A stretch of DNA of 50,450 nt from assembly GCA_013003655.1 (NCBI GenBank), contig JABDIQ010000180.1, forward strand, positions 1-50,450, given 5' to 3'. The notes under the pieces were generated by a model that saw nothing but the letters and a program-made list of their open reading frames with translations, searched no databases and was not told the DNA's origin. Shown here piece after piece: positions 28,106 to 37,983 of this stretch (the first letter of the stretch is position 1; each line of letters opens with the position of its first letter). Both the position numbers and the translations under genes were made by a program. This DNA comes from Winogradskyella sp. (GTDB lineage Bacteria > Bacteroidota > Bacteroidia > Flavobacteriales > Flavobacteriaceae).

Positions 28106-30973
28106 ATGAAAAACTGTTTTTTACTTTTTCTGTTCGGAATTGTTTTTTCTTTATCTAGTTGGGCTCAACAAACCATAGTAAAAGGAAGCGTTCTGGACGG
28201 AACTACGGGAGAACCTATTCCTGATGTTACGGTTACTATCGAAGAAACCGGCCAATCAACTAAAACCAACGCGAGTGGTACGTTTAGATTTATAGAAAAT
28301 CTTCCCCTCGGCGAACAGGTATTAAAAGTTGAAAAAGTGGGTTACGTTTCTAAGCGATATCCTATAGTTATTAATGAAGGTCAAACCGTAGACATTAGTG
28401 GTATGACCCTAGATTTTGACTCTAGCGATAAAAAAGATCTATTTATAATTTCCATCTCTGATGACAATTTAAATAGTGAAGACGATGGTTTAACCGATAA
28501 TATCTCTGGTTTACTACAAGCCTCTAGAGATGTCTTTTTAAATGCTGCAGCTTTTGATTTTAGCGCAACATTTTTTAGACCACGAGGATTAGACAATGCC
28601 AATGGTAAAGTACTTATCAATGGCATTGAAATGAACAAACAATTTAATGGTAGACCACAGTGGGGAAACTGGGGCGGCTTAAATGATGTTCAACGTAATC
28701 AAGTATTCTCAATGGGCGTGTCAGCAAATGATTACACATTTGGTGATCTTGCAGGAACCAACAATATCATAATGCGAGCCTCTAAATATAGAAGAGGCGG
28801 TAGAGTATCTTATGCATCTGCTAACCGTAGTTATCAAGGTAGAGTAATGGCCAGCTATAGTTCGGGCTTATTAGAAGGTGGTTGGTCTTATTCTGTTCTA
28901 GGATCTAGACGATACGGTGAAAACGGATATATTGATGGTACCTTATATGATGCCAATTCGTTTTTTGTAGCAGTAGAAAAACAACTAAATGATAAGCATA
29001 GTTTAAACTTTACAGGAATTTATGCCAAAAACAGAAGAGGACGTTCTACTGCAATTACCGAAGAGGTTTACAATTTAAAAGGAAGACAATACAATCCATT
29101 TTGGGGTATGTTAAATGGAGAGCAACGCAATTCTCGTATGCGAGAAATAGATGAACCCATCTTAATGCTCAATCACTTTTGGGATGTATCTTCAAAGGTT
29201 AAACTAAATACGAACGTGGCTTATCAATTTGGTAAAATAGGTAACACGCGTATAGATAATGGTGGCACTAGGCTCGTTAATTTTAACGGAGAGCAAACCT
29301 ATATAGGTGGCGCACGTAATACAGACCCAACGTATTATCAAAATCTACCAAGCTACTTCTTAAATGTTGATGGTGCACCTACCTCATACGATTATGAGTT
29401 AGCCTATTTAGCACAACAGGAATTCATTCGTGATGGTCAATTTAATTGGACAGACATCTACAGAGCCAATATCAACTCAACTGCAAATGGTAACAACGCC
29501 ATTTACGCCTTGCAAGAGGATAGAATTGACGACAAACAATTAAGCGCCAATATTATTTTAGATGCAGAACTAGCTGATAATATTAGACTTAATGGAGCAG
29601 TAAATTATAGGAATTTAAATAGTGAAAACTATGCGTTAGTGAAAGATCTATTCGGCGCTAATGGGTATTTAGATGTAGATTTCTTTGCTGAAGAAACAGA
29701 TCCTAATCAAAACATCAGCAACCTCGCCCAGTCCGATATTAGAAACCCTAACAGAATTGCTGGCGAAGGCGAACGTTACAAGTATAATTATGAAATTGAT
29801 GCTAATGTAGTTAGTGCATTTGCGCAAGCACAGTTTAAATACAACAAAGTTGATTTTTATGTAGGTACCAATGTATCTCAAACTAGTTATCAACGCAATG
29901 GTTTATACCAAAATGGCTATTTTGAAAACAACTCATTTGGTAAAAGTAAAAAAGAGGATTTTACAAATTACGGACTAAAAGGAGGTGCAACTTATAAGCT
30001 TAGCGGAAAACACTTAATTGATGTTAATGCAGCCTACCTTACTAAAGCACCTACAATTAGAAACTCGTTTGAAAATGCTAGACAAAATAATGAATTTGTA
30101 AACGACTTAAATAGTGAAACAATTACAACTATTGATGCTAGTTATATTTTTAGATCACCAATAGTTAAGGCTAGAATCACTGGATTTTACTCAACATTTG
30201 AAGATGGTACAGATATAGGTTTCTTCTTTACAGAAGGAAACTCTGGTGCATTTATTCAAGAGGTATTAACCGGAATTGATAGAAGACATGTTGGTGGCGA
30301 ATTGGGTATTGAAGCTCAAGTTACACCAACCATAAAACTTAAAGGTGCTGCAAGTGTTGGGCAGTATATCTTTACAAATAACCCTAATTTATATTTGTCA
30401 TCAGATGATTTTGAAAACGATCTCACCTTTGGTGATGGCACGGCATACTTAGAAAACTATCATGTAGCTGGAGGACCAGAACGAGCCTTCCAAATTGGTT
30501 TCGAATATAGAGACCCCGATTTTTGGAATGTTGGTGTTACTGCAAACCATTTTTCTAATGCTTATGTAGATGTAAACAACCTTAAGCGAACCGCTAGATT
30601 TAATACCAATTTAGATTTAATTACCGAAGACACCTTTAGACAGGGTGGAAATATTTCTGGATACCCATTTAACGATTACGATCCTATAGTTGCTAGAGAA
30701 TTATTAAAACAAGAGCAATTTGAAGATTATATGTTAGTTAATATCATTGGTGGTAAATCCTGGAGAGTAGACGATTATTTTATAGGATTCTTTGCTACTA
30801 TTAATAATGTCTTTAACCAAGAATACCGAACAGGTGGTTTTGAACAAGGAAGACGTATAGATTACAGAAGTCAACTAACCGAACAAACTAACGAAAACGG
30901 CCCTGTATTTGGTAATAGATATTTCTATGGAAATGGCACAACCTACTACCTAAATATGTACGTAAGATTCTAA
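28106..30973 (+). CDS. TonB-dependent outer membrane receptor with an N-terminal carboxypeptidase-regulatory-like domain
   Basis: It has a signal peptide (SLSSWAQQ) and a CarboxypepD_reg pattern (VKGSVLDGTTGEPIPDVTVTIEETGQSTKTNASGTF). A plug region follows, then a long beta-barrel ending in the aromatic terminus YLNMYVRF. Confidence 0.9.
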   Translation: MKNCFLLFLFGIVFSLSSWAQQTIVKGSVLDGTTGEPIPDVTVTIEETGQSTKTNASGTFRFIENLPLGEQVLKVEKVGYVSKRYPIVINEGQTVDISGMTLDFDSSDKKDLFIISISDDNLNSEDDGLTDNISGLLQASRDVFLNAAAFDFSATFFRPRGLDNANGKVLINGIEMNKQFNGRPQWGNWGGLNDVQRNQVFSMGVSANDYTFGDLAGTNNIIMRASKYRRGGRVSYASANRSYQGRVMASYSSGLLEGGWSYSVLGSRRYGENGYIDGTLYDANSFFVAVEKQLNDKHSLNFTGIYAKNRRGRSTAITEEVYNLKGRQYNPFWGMLNGEQRNSRMREIDEPILMLNHFWDVSSKVKLNTNVAYQFGKIGNTRIDNGGTRLVNFNGEQTYIGGARNTDPTYYQNLPSYFLNVDGAPTSYDYELAYLAQQEFIRDGQFNWTDIYRANINSTANGNNAIYALQEDRIDDKQLSANIILDAELADNIRLNGAVNYRNLNSENYALVKDLFGANGYLDVDFFAEETDPNQNISNLAQSDIRNPNRIAGEGERYKYNYEIDANVVSAFAQAQFKYNKVDFYVGTNVSQTSYQRNGLYQNGYFENNSFGKSKKEDFTNYGLKGGATYKLSGKHLIDVNAAYLTKAPTIRNSFENARQNNEFVNDLNSETITTIDASYIFRSPIVKARITGFYSTFEDGTDIGFFFTEGNSGAFIQEVLTGIDRRHVGGELGIEAQVTPTIKLKGAASVGQYIFTNNPNLYLSSDDFENDLTFGDGTAYLENYHVAGGPERAFQIGFEYRDPDFWNVGVTANHFSNAYVDVNNLKRTARFNTNLDLITEDTFRQGGNISGYPFNDYDPIVARELLKQEQFEDYMLVNIIGGKSWRVDDYFIGFFATINNVFNQEYRTGGFEQGRRIDYRSQLTEQTNENGPVFGNRYFYGNGTTYYLNMYVRF

Positions 30974-31015
30974 CAATATTAAAACACAAGCTTTAACTTT
31001 ATAACGAATAATAAA

Positions 31016-32410
31016 ATGAAAACAAATAATTTAAATAAAATAGCTCTTTTACTCTTCAGCTTACTTGCTATTACAAGTTGTGTAGAAGACGACGAATATA
31101 ATCTTCCAAACATCACTGTTAACGAAGTCGTGTTTGGAGACCAAGATCAAATAATTGATATTGATGCTGTTCAAGGTTTCTTTAATCAATCTGGTGAACC
31201 TTTTACGTTTGAAGACAATCCAAATTTTGATGTATATACCTCTGGCTATGTTATTTCTAGTGATGAAGGCGGTAACTTTTTTGAAGAGTTAGTTATTCAA
31301 GACAAGGCTAGTAATCCAACTGCAGGTATTGTTGTTCAAATAGATGTTAACCCTCTATTTACGCTTTATGAGTTTGGAAGAAAGGTGTATGTAAAATTAG
31401 ACGGATTAACCGTTGCTGAAGATAATGGCGTTATTCAATTAGGAAAAGCAGCTGGAAACGGTATTGATAAAATTGCAGGTTCTCAAAGAGCCGAACATAT
31501 CTTACTTGATCCTGAAGTGGCAACCATTGTACCTCTAGATGTTGAAATCTCAGATTTTTCCAATGATTTAGAAAACCTATTTATTAGGCTTAATGATATG
31601 CAATTTAATCGTGGTGATGTTCTTGGTGATAATCCATTGACGTTTGCTGCAGAAGACACTGATGAATTTGATGGCGAAAGAATTGTTGAAAGTTGCACCA
31701 ACCAAGCTACAGTAATTTTAAGCACAAGTACATTTTCAGATTTTAAAGGTTTAACGTTACCAGCAAACCGTGGTTCAATTTCAGCGATATTAACCAGAGA
31801 TTTCTTTGATGATTTTTATACCATCGTTGTTAATTCTCCAGAGGATATAAATTTTGATAATCCTGATCGTTGCGACCCAGATTTCCTTGAATGTACCTCA
31901 GCTTCTGGAGGAGGTAGCGCATTTTACTCAGAAGATTTTGAAGACTTTAGTGGCTATAATGCTGAAGGCTGGACCAATGTAAATATTAGTGGTGGAAATA
32001 CCGAGTGGATTATAGGTAGTTTTAGTGGCAGTTCTTATGCGCAGATCTCAGGATTTAATAGTGGTGATGATGAAATCAACGTGTGGCTAGTAACACCTAC
32101 TATTAATATGGATGGCACAACAGCCGAAGAATTATCTTTTGATGTGCAAACTAATTTTGACAACGGCAATATCTTATCTGTTTTTGTATCACAAGATTTT
32201 ACTGGTGATCCTACAACAGCAACATGGCAAGCGTTAGATGCTACTATACCTTCTGGCCCTAGTAGTGGCTTTGGCTCATTTGCACCAGTTGGTCCAGTGA
32301 ATCTTTCTTGTTTAGATGGTGATATACATATCGGATTCTTTTACGAAGGTTCTGATCCTAACGCAACAACAAGATATCATGTCGACAATATAGAAATTAC
32401 AGGTAATTAA
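31016..32410 (+). CDS. Surface lipoprotein partner of the TonB-dependent receptor: OB-fold-like N-terminal part plus a C-terminal beta-sandwich (choice-of-anchor-J-like) domain
   Basis: It has the lipobox LAITSC and starts 42 nt after the receptor gene. From memory the N-terminal half resembles DUF5689-type proteins and the OB-like modules of ExeM/NucH nucleases. This has not been verified. Confidence 0.6.
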   Translation: MKTNNLNKIALLLFSLLAITSCVEDDEYNLPNITVNEVVFGDQDQIIDIDAVQGFFNQSGEPFTFEDNPNFDVYTSGYVISSDEGGNFFEELVIQDKASNPTAGIVVQIDVNPLFTLYEFGRKVYVKLDGLTVAEDNGVIQLGKAAGNGIDKIAGSQRAEHILLDPEVATIVPLDVEISDFSNDLENLFIRLNDMQFNRGDVLGDNPLTFAAEDTDEFDGERIVESCTNQATVILSTSTFSDFKGLTLPANRGSISAILTRDFFDDFYTIVVNSPEDINFDNPDRCDPDFLECTSASGGGSAFYSEDFEDFSGYNAEGWTNVNISGGNTEWIIGSFSGSSYAQISGFNSGDDEINVWLVTPTINMDGTTAEELSFDVQTNFDNGNILSVFVSQDFTGDPTTATWQALDATIPSGPSSGFGSFAPVGPVNLSCLDGDIHIGFFYEGSDPNATTRYHVDNIEITGN

Positions 32411-32431
32411 TTCATTATAAATGACCCATAG

Positions 32432-32471
32432 AAGAGCCACTTTCGTTTTATGTTATAGTGGCTCTTTTTTT
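32432..32471 (+). terminator. Rho-independent terminator after the receptor-lipoprotein pair
   Basis: A 10 bp stem pairs AAGAGCCACT (32432-41) with AGTGGCTCTT (32457-66). The loop is 15 nt and the tail is T5-T6. Confidence 0.72.
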
Positions 32472-32476
32472 ATAAT

Positions 32477-32836
32477 ATGCTAGATCAATTTTATATTTCC
32501 TTTCTCAACACGATTAAAAAGCAATTTGGAAAATCAGCATTTTCCATGGCATTAGCTTATATCTCTTTTTTTGAGATAAGCCTAATGTTGTTGGTTGGGT
32601 TGTTTTTTGCTGCCTTTGGTAGCCAAATGAATATTCCTTTAATGTCATCACTAAAAGGTTGGACGTTGTTTGCTTTGCTTTCTATTTTTATCGTAATGAA
32701 AAACTGGTTACGTTACAACGGAAAGAAACGCCTTATACTAAAAGCTAAGGTGCATAGTAAGCACCATTTAATAACCCTTATTATTTTGCCTTTGGTATGC
32801 CTTCTCTTGGCTTTTATTTTTTATCAATCGGTATAA
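32477..32836 (+). CDS. Hypothetical small membrane protein (3 TM helices)
   Basis: This 119 aa ORF has three hydrophobic helices. Its ATG lies only 6 nt after the preceding terminator T-tract, so expression and coding status are uncertain. Confidence 0.42.
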   Translation: MLDQFYISFLNTIKKQFGKSAFSMALAYISFFEISLMLLVGLFFAAFGSQMNIPLMSSLKGWTLFALLSIFIVMKNWLRYNGKKRLILKAKVHSKHHLITLIILPLVCLLLAFIFYQSV

Positions 32837-32866
32837 AAAAAGCCATCCTTATGTAAAGAATGGCTT
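32835..32866 (-). terminator. Terminator for the HMA lipoprotein gene
   Basis: AAGCCAT (32840-46) pairs with ATGGCTT (32860-66), with an inner CTT/AAG helix. On the minus strand the hairpin is followed by a T7 run (the complement of the A-run at 32835-32841). Confidence 0.5.
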
Positions 32867-32888
32867 AACGTAAAGAAATATATTCTAA

Positions 32889-33392
32889 TTATTCTTTGTT
32901 CTTGTCTTTACAACAATCCATGTTGCAATCTGGTTTACACTCTGCTTTTTCTGCTTTGCTTTTGTTAGCACAGCAAGCCATGGTGCAACCGGGTTTACAT
33001 GCTTTTTCACCTTCAAACTGATCTACAGTTTTCATGTCTTTTACTTTGTAAACATCTCCAACTGCTGCTACAGCTTCTTCAAGTGTAGTTGGTGTAACCT
33101 TAGCCTCATCGTACTCAACCATTGCCAAACGCTTGTCAAAATCTACCTTAGCCATTTTAACCCCTTCCATCTTAGCCATTTTCTTTTCAATGGTCTTTGC
33201 ACATCCCATAGCGCAGGTCATTCCGTCAATACTAAATTCTACTTTGGCATAAGTAGCGTCAGGATCTAAATTCTTTTTTACATCTTTAGTTTCAACCTCA
33301 ACCGTTTTCACTTCAGGACTAACTTCATTTTTGCAAGATGCAAGCAAAGCAAACAACAATGTAACAGTTAGTATATTCTTCAATGTCTTCAT
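32889..33392 (-). CDS. Heavy-metal-associated (HMA) domain lipoprotein with a duplicated Cys-rich C-terminal tail
   Basis: It has the lipobox LLASC and an HMA fold signature with a variant metal site, GMTCAMGC. The C-terminus contains CKPGCTMACC and CKPDCNMDCC. Confidence 0.8.
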   Translation of the reverse strand: MKTLKNILTVTLLFALLASCKNEVSPEVKTVEVETKDVKKNLDPDATYAKVEFSIDGMTCAMGCAKTIEKKMAKMEGVKMAKVDFDKRLAMVEYDEAKVTPTTLEEAVAAVGDVYKVKDMKTVDQFEGEKACKPGCTMACCANKSKAEKAECKPDCNMDCCKDKNKE

Positions 33393-33486
33393 AGATATTA
33401 AGTATTAATATTTAACCAAAACTAGTAAATATTGGTGTTTCTTGCGCAACAATTAACGAATTTTGTGATTGTTTTAGCAAACTGCA

Positions 33487-34365
33487 ATGAAAAACCTAGA
33501 CATTAAATGGATATATCTTATAACCCTTTCTATCATCTGGGGCAGCTCCTTTATACTCATAAAAAAATCACTTGAAGGCCTAAATCCATATCAAGTTGGT
33601 GCCTTGAGAACTATTTTTACTGGACTTTTGTTATTTGCTGCTGGGTTTTCAAGCTTAAAATCCATTAAACGCGAAAAATGGAAGTGGATTGCAATTTCTG
33701 GGTTTTTAGGCTCATTTTTTCCTGCCTTCTTTTTTGCAATAGCCGAAACTGAGATAGATAGTGCTATAGCGTCTATCTTAAACTCGTTAGTACCTCTAAA
33801 TACAATTCTTCTTGGTTTTGCAGTTTTTAGAATTGCATCGAATCTCAAACAGATTTTAGGCGTAATTATTGGTTTTATAGGTACCGCTATTTTAATCCTT
33901 GAAGGTGCAGACTTAAATCCTAATCAAAACTATTTATTTGCTGGTTTTATTTTAGTTTCAACTCTTATGTATGCTGCTAATGTTAACATTATAAAACGCT
34001 ACTTACAAGACGTTAAGCCTATTGCTATTGCAACAGGCAATTATGTATTTATCATTATTCCTGCATTAATAGTCCTAGTTTTTTCTCAGTTTTTTGAGGC
34101 TGAAACTTTTGCGAAACCAGACTTTGTAAGTTCTATTATTTATGTTTTGGTGCTATCCATATTTGGTACGGCCATAGCCAAGGTGCTATTTAATAAACTA
34201 GTGCAGATATCAACACCTGTTTTTGCATCTTCTGTTACCTACATTATGCCTATTGTAGCTTTAATTTGGGGATTACTAGACAATGAATCATTTAATGTTA
34301 TACAGTTGTTTGCTGCTGGACTCATTTTATCAGGAGTTTATCTCGCCAATAAAAATAAGACATAA
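33487..34365 (+). CDS. EamA/DMT-superfamily transporter
   Basis: It has about ten TM helices arranged as two EamA-like halves. The typical start is LSIIWGSSFILIKKSL, and the length of 292 aa fits. Confidence 0.82.
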   Translation: MKNLDIKWIYLITLSIIWGSSFILIKKSLEGLNPYQVGALRTIFTGLLLFAAGFSSLKSIKREKWKWIAISGFLGSFFPAFFFAIAETEIDSAIASILNSLVPLNTILLGFAVFRIASNLKQILGVIIGFIGTAILILEGADLNPNQNYLFAGFILVSTLMYAANVNIIKRYLQDVKPIAIATGNYVFIIIPALIVLVFSQFFEAETFAKPDFVSSIIYVLVLSIFGTAIAKVLFNKLVQISTPVFASSVTYIMPIVALIWGLLDNESFNVIQLFAAGLILSGVYLANKNKT

Positions 34366-34394
34366 AAAAACCAGAGACTTTGCTCTGGTTTTTT
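34364..34394. terminator. Bidirectional Rho-independent terminator between the convergent EamA and M16 genes
   Basis: The element is A7-CCAGAG-[ACTTTG]-CTCTGG-T6. Confidence 0.7.
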
Positions 34395-34412
34395 CAATTG
34401 TTTTTTTAACTA

Positions 34413-36479
34413 CTAATCAAAATCTTCATCACTTACCCCTTCATTAACTTTAACTTCCTTAACAATGAAATCAAATTTTCTTGGGCCAACCGTTTGTGAT
34501 ATTTTGAACGGGAACATTATTCCTGCAACATCTTTATAATCTGAATAAAACGTGCTCTGTGATCCCATTGGTGTAGATTTTTCTTCTTTAATCTTTAAGC
34601 CTGTTTCTACACTGTAAAACGCAGCAGTTTCTGCATCTACTTGAATTTTATAGGCTTTTTCGCCGTCTATATCTTCAATCTTATCTAGAGAAACACCTTG
34701 ATTTAAGTAGTTAACCTCTGGGAACGGTGAACTTTCTGCCATAGCTTTCTTAACGTCTTCATCACTCATATCAGATTTTTGCCCTTGCATCACCATATAA
34801 CCAGAATCTCCGTCAATTACAGTCTTCATTACAGATTGTCCCATAGCACTAATCTCTTGTGAAAACTGATTCTTAACTGTTTTTTTCATTTCTAGTTCCA
34901 TCATCATTCCTGGTTGTAACTCAGCTTCTGCTAACATTTTTACCGAGTTGACATTGTCTAGTTTATCTTTTCCTCCAATAGCACTAATATAAGCATTAAG
35001 CACTTTTGCAGCATCCATATCTGCTGGCATTTCTATCTCATAGTTTGGCTTTTCTGTAGGATTAGCAAACTTGTCATAATATTTAATAGGAATACCTGTT
35101 TTTTCAAGATTTTCTAATACTTCACTTCCTTTACCTACAACAATTATACGAGCGTTTTCAGTTTTAAAATACTTATTTGCTACGTTCATAACGTCGTCTT
35201 TAGTTACAGCATTTATTTTCTCTAGATAGGTTGCATAGAAATCTTCTGGTAGGTCATTTAACTTTATGTTTAATGCGTAACGTGCAATAGTTTGTGGACT
35301 TTCTAATGCTAATACAAAATCACCAACATACTTGGCTTTAGCATTTGCTAAATCTTCAGAGTCTACTGGTTCTGTTTTAATACGGTTAATTTCTTTTAAG
35401 GTTTCAACAACTGCACTATCGGTTACTGCATTTCTTACTGCTGCACCAGCCGTAAAACGAGATGCATTCCATCTACTTGTGCCAACGCTAGAACGTGCTC
35501 CATATGTATACCCATGCTCTTCACGAAGATTCATGTTTAAATAACTACCAAAACCTCCACCAAGAATTTTATTAGCGATTAAAACTTTGTGGTAGTCTTC
35601 GTCTTTCATTTTTAAATCAACATTGTTAGTCAATGAAATGTTAGACTGTACAGCGTTTGGCATGTCCACAAAATTAATTTGTGTGTACTGTGCATTAGCC
35701 TTTGGTTCAGGAATGGTAATATCTATTTCTACCGATTTTTCCCATACACCAAAATGCTTTTTAAGCTGATTTTTAACATCACTCATTTTTACATCTCCAA
35801 CAACAACGATATATGCGTTATTAGGATTAAAATACTTTTCGTAAAATGCTAATACATCAGCAAACTCAATGTTATTTACAGTTTCTTCAGTTACAAATTC
35901 ACCTCTTGGGTGATTTGTTCCATAAGATAGGGCACCGCCAACACGATTAGCAACAGCATCTACACTTTTTGCTTCAGCTTTAAGGTTTTCTAGTAATTTG
36001 TCTTTTTCTTTTTTAAATTCTTCTTCAGTTAATAACGGATTAATGGCAGCATCTGCCATTAATTCAATTATTCTATCAGAGTATTTAGACAATGAACTTG
36101 CAAATGCTCCTTGAGATCCAAATCCTAAACTAGCTCCTAAGAAATCTATTTCATCATTGAATTCATCTTTAGGAATATTAGTAGTTCCGTTTCCTAACAT
36201 TGCTGCCAGAATACTAGATACACCTGCTTTCTCTCCTTCTGAAATTGGTTTGTTATCAATAGTTAAAGAATATGAAACTCTTGGCAGCTTGTTATTTTCT
36301 ACAACTAGTACTTTGATTCCATTCTTTAATTTAAATTCACCTGGCTTTTCTAGGGTAATTTTAGGAGCAGGTCCTGGCTCTGGCATTTTAGAGCGATCTA
36401 TTTGTGCATTTACTCCCATTGCCATTAAAAACAATACGACAAATGCAGATATTTTAGTTTTCATATTAAAATTTTTCAT
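34413..36479 (-). CDS. M16-family peptidase, non-catalytic (HxxEH-less) subunit with a roughly 209 aa C-terminal extension
   Basis: It has the signal peptide MKTKISAFVVLFLMAMGVNAQ and an M16 inactive-domain pattern with no HxxEH. I prefer the start at 36479 or 36464, because the longer ORF-track start overlaps the upstream gene. Confidence 0.82.
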   Translation of the reverse strand: MKNFNMKTKISAFVVLFLMAMGVNAQIDRSKMPEPGPAPKITLEKPGEFKLKNGIKVLVVENNKLPRVSYSLTIDNKPISEGEKAGVSSILAAMLGNGTTNIPKDEFNDEIDFLGASLGFGSQGAFASSLSKYSDRIIELMADAAINPLLTEEEFKKEKDKLLENLKAEAKSVDAVANRVGGALSYGTNHPRGEFVTEETVNNIEFADVLAFYEKYFNPNNAYIVVVGDVKMSDVKNQLKKHFGVWEKSVEIDITIPEPKANAQYTQINFVDMPNAVQSNISLTNNVDLKMKDEDYHKVLIANKILGGGFGSYLNMNLREEHGYTYGARSSVGTSRWNASRFTAGAAVRNAVTDSAVVETLKEINRIKTEPVDSEDLANAKAKYVGDFVLALESPQTIARYALNIKLNDLPEDFYATYLEKINAVTKDDVMNVANKYFKTENARIIVVGKGSEVLENLEKTGIPIKYYDKFANPTEKPNYEIEMPADMDAAKVLNAYISAIGGKDKLDNVNSVKMLAEAELQPGMMMELEMKKTVKNQFSQEISAMGQSVMKTVIDGDSGYMVMQGQKSDMSDEDVKKAMAESSPFPEVNYLNQGVSLDKIEDIDGEKAYKIQVDAETAAFYSVETGLKIKEEKSTPMGSQSTFYSDYKDVAGIMFPFKISQTVGPRKFDFIVKEVKVNEGVSDEDFD

Positions 36480-36480
36480 C

Positions 36481-37800
36481 TTATTGATCATCTTTTTTTG
36501 GTAAATACTCAAGTATTAATCTTTGGTCAGGATTTAAATACTTCTTTGCAACATCTCTCATTTCTTCTCTTGTTATTGAGCGATAGATATCTATTTCATT
36601 GTTGATTAAATTAACATCATCATATAACATGTAATAGCGTGCTAACGAATTTGCAATACCAGAAATACTAGAATTGGAGTTTACAAATTGATTTTCAAAC
36701 TGGTTTTGAAGTTTTTGATAATCGCGCTCAGAAATTAATTCTGTTTGTATTTTAACAACCTCCTCATCCATTTCGGAGATCAGTGTATCTAAAGGCACAT
36801 CACCTAATGGTAGTGCAAACAATGCATAAATTCCATAGTCTTCTTGACTAATATTAACTGCCTGCACCGCTAATGCTTGCTTTTGCTCATCGACCAATTT
36901 TTTATATAAAATTGAACTTTTACCACCGCTTAAATAACTAGAAATCATATCTAAAACATAAGCATCTCTATCTTTAAAAGAAGGCGTTCTATATGCACCT
37001 ATAACCGCAGGGATTTGAATATTCGGATCATAAGCCTTATCTCTCATAGGTTCGGTTATTGGTTCTTCCCTAGGAAGATCTCTAACAACGTCCTCGCCTC
37101 TTGGTATAGGACCAAAATAATCCTGTATCATCTTCTTAACCTCTGTCTTATCTATATCTCCAGCAACAACTAGAACCGCATTATTTGGCACATAGTATTT
37201 TTTGTTAAAGGCTTGGAACTCTTCTAAAGTTGCAGCATCTAAATGCTCCATTTCTCCAATAGTAGTTCCTTTGTAAGGATGAACCTTAAACATGCGCTTT
37301 TTTATTTCAGCTAATATGTTTCCATATGGTTGATTATCTACACGAAGACGTTTTTCTTCTTTTACTACTTCGTTTTGCGTGTCTACACCTATTTGATTAA
37401 TTACTGGGTGTAGCAAACGCTCAGACTCCATCCATAAACCTAGCTCAACGCTATTAGACGGAAATACTTCATAGTAATACGTTCTATCATCTGTTGTATT
37501 GGCATTATTACTACCTCCATTAGATGTTACAATGTTAAACCATTCTCCTCGCGGAATATTCTCGGTACCTTCAAATAACAGATGCTCAAAGAAGTGAGCA
37601 AATCCTGTACGTTCAGGATCCTCGTCTTTTGCGCCAACATGATACATTACTGAGACTGTGACTACTGGAGCCGTATTGTCTTGATGTAAAATAACATGCA
37701 TTCCGTTATCCAAATCGTACTCTTCAAATTCTACTTTTTGAGCAATAGAATTATACCCTACTAGCATTAATGCTGTAAGAAATAAAAAGTGCTTTTTCAT
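36481..37800 (-). CDS. M16-family (pitrilysin/insulinase-type) zinc peptidase, catalytic subunit
   Basis: It has a signal peptide and the inverted zinc motif HFFEH within GFAHFFEHLLFEGT. A downstream Glu region (EVVKEEKRLR) is present. Confidence 0.9.
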   Translation of the reverse strand: MKKHFLFLTALMLVGYNSIAQKVEFEEYDLDNGMHVILHQDNTAPVVTVSVMYHVGAKDEDPERTGFAHFFEHLLFEGTENIPRGEWFNIVTSNGGSNNANTTDDRTYYYEVFPSNSVELGLWMESERLLHPVINQIGVDTQNEVVKEEKRLRVDNQPYGNILAEIKKRMFKVHPYKGTTIGEMEHLDAATLEEFQAFNKKYYVPNNAVLVVAGDIDKTEVKKMIQDYFGPIPRGEDVVRDLPREEPITEPMRDKAYDPNIQIPAVIGAYRTPSFKDRDAYVLDMISSYLSGGKSSILYKKLVDEQKQALAVQAVNISQEDYGIYALFALPLGDVPLDTLISEMDEEVVKIQTELISERDYQKLQNQFENQFVNSNSSISGIANSLARYYMLYDDVNLINNEIDIYRSITREEMRDVAKKYLNPDQRLILEYLPKKDDQ

Positions 37801-37983
37801 TTCAAGTGTTTTAATTTAAGTTATTGTTTATGTGTAAGTGTATCAAGTTTGAAAATTGTTACATGAATTCTTACAAAAATATGAAATCATTTATGGTAAG
37901 GGTCCATCTAATTGTAAAATCTATATTAAAATTCTTATATTTTAGCCTAATTATCACGAACTTTAAACCAACTTTAAAATCTC

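Noticed and set aside
36157-36504. A 115 aa plus-strand ORF antisense to the 5' end of the M16 non-catalytic subunit gene
   Set aside because: It is antisense to a gene with a clear signal peptide and M16 homology, and it has no independent support.
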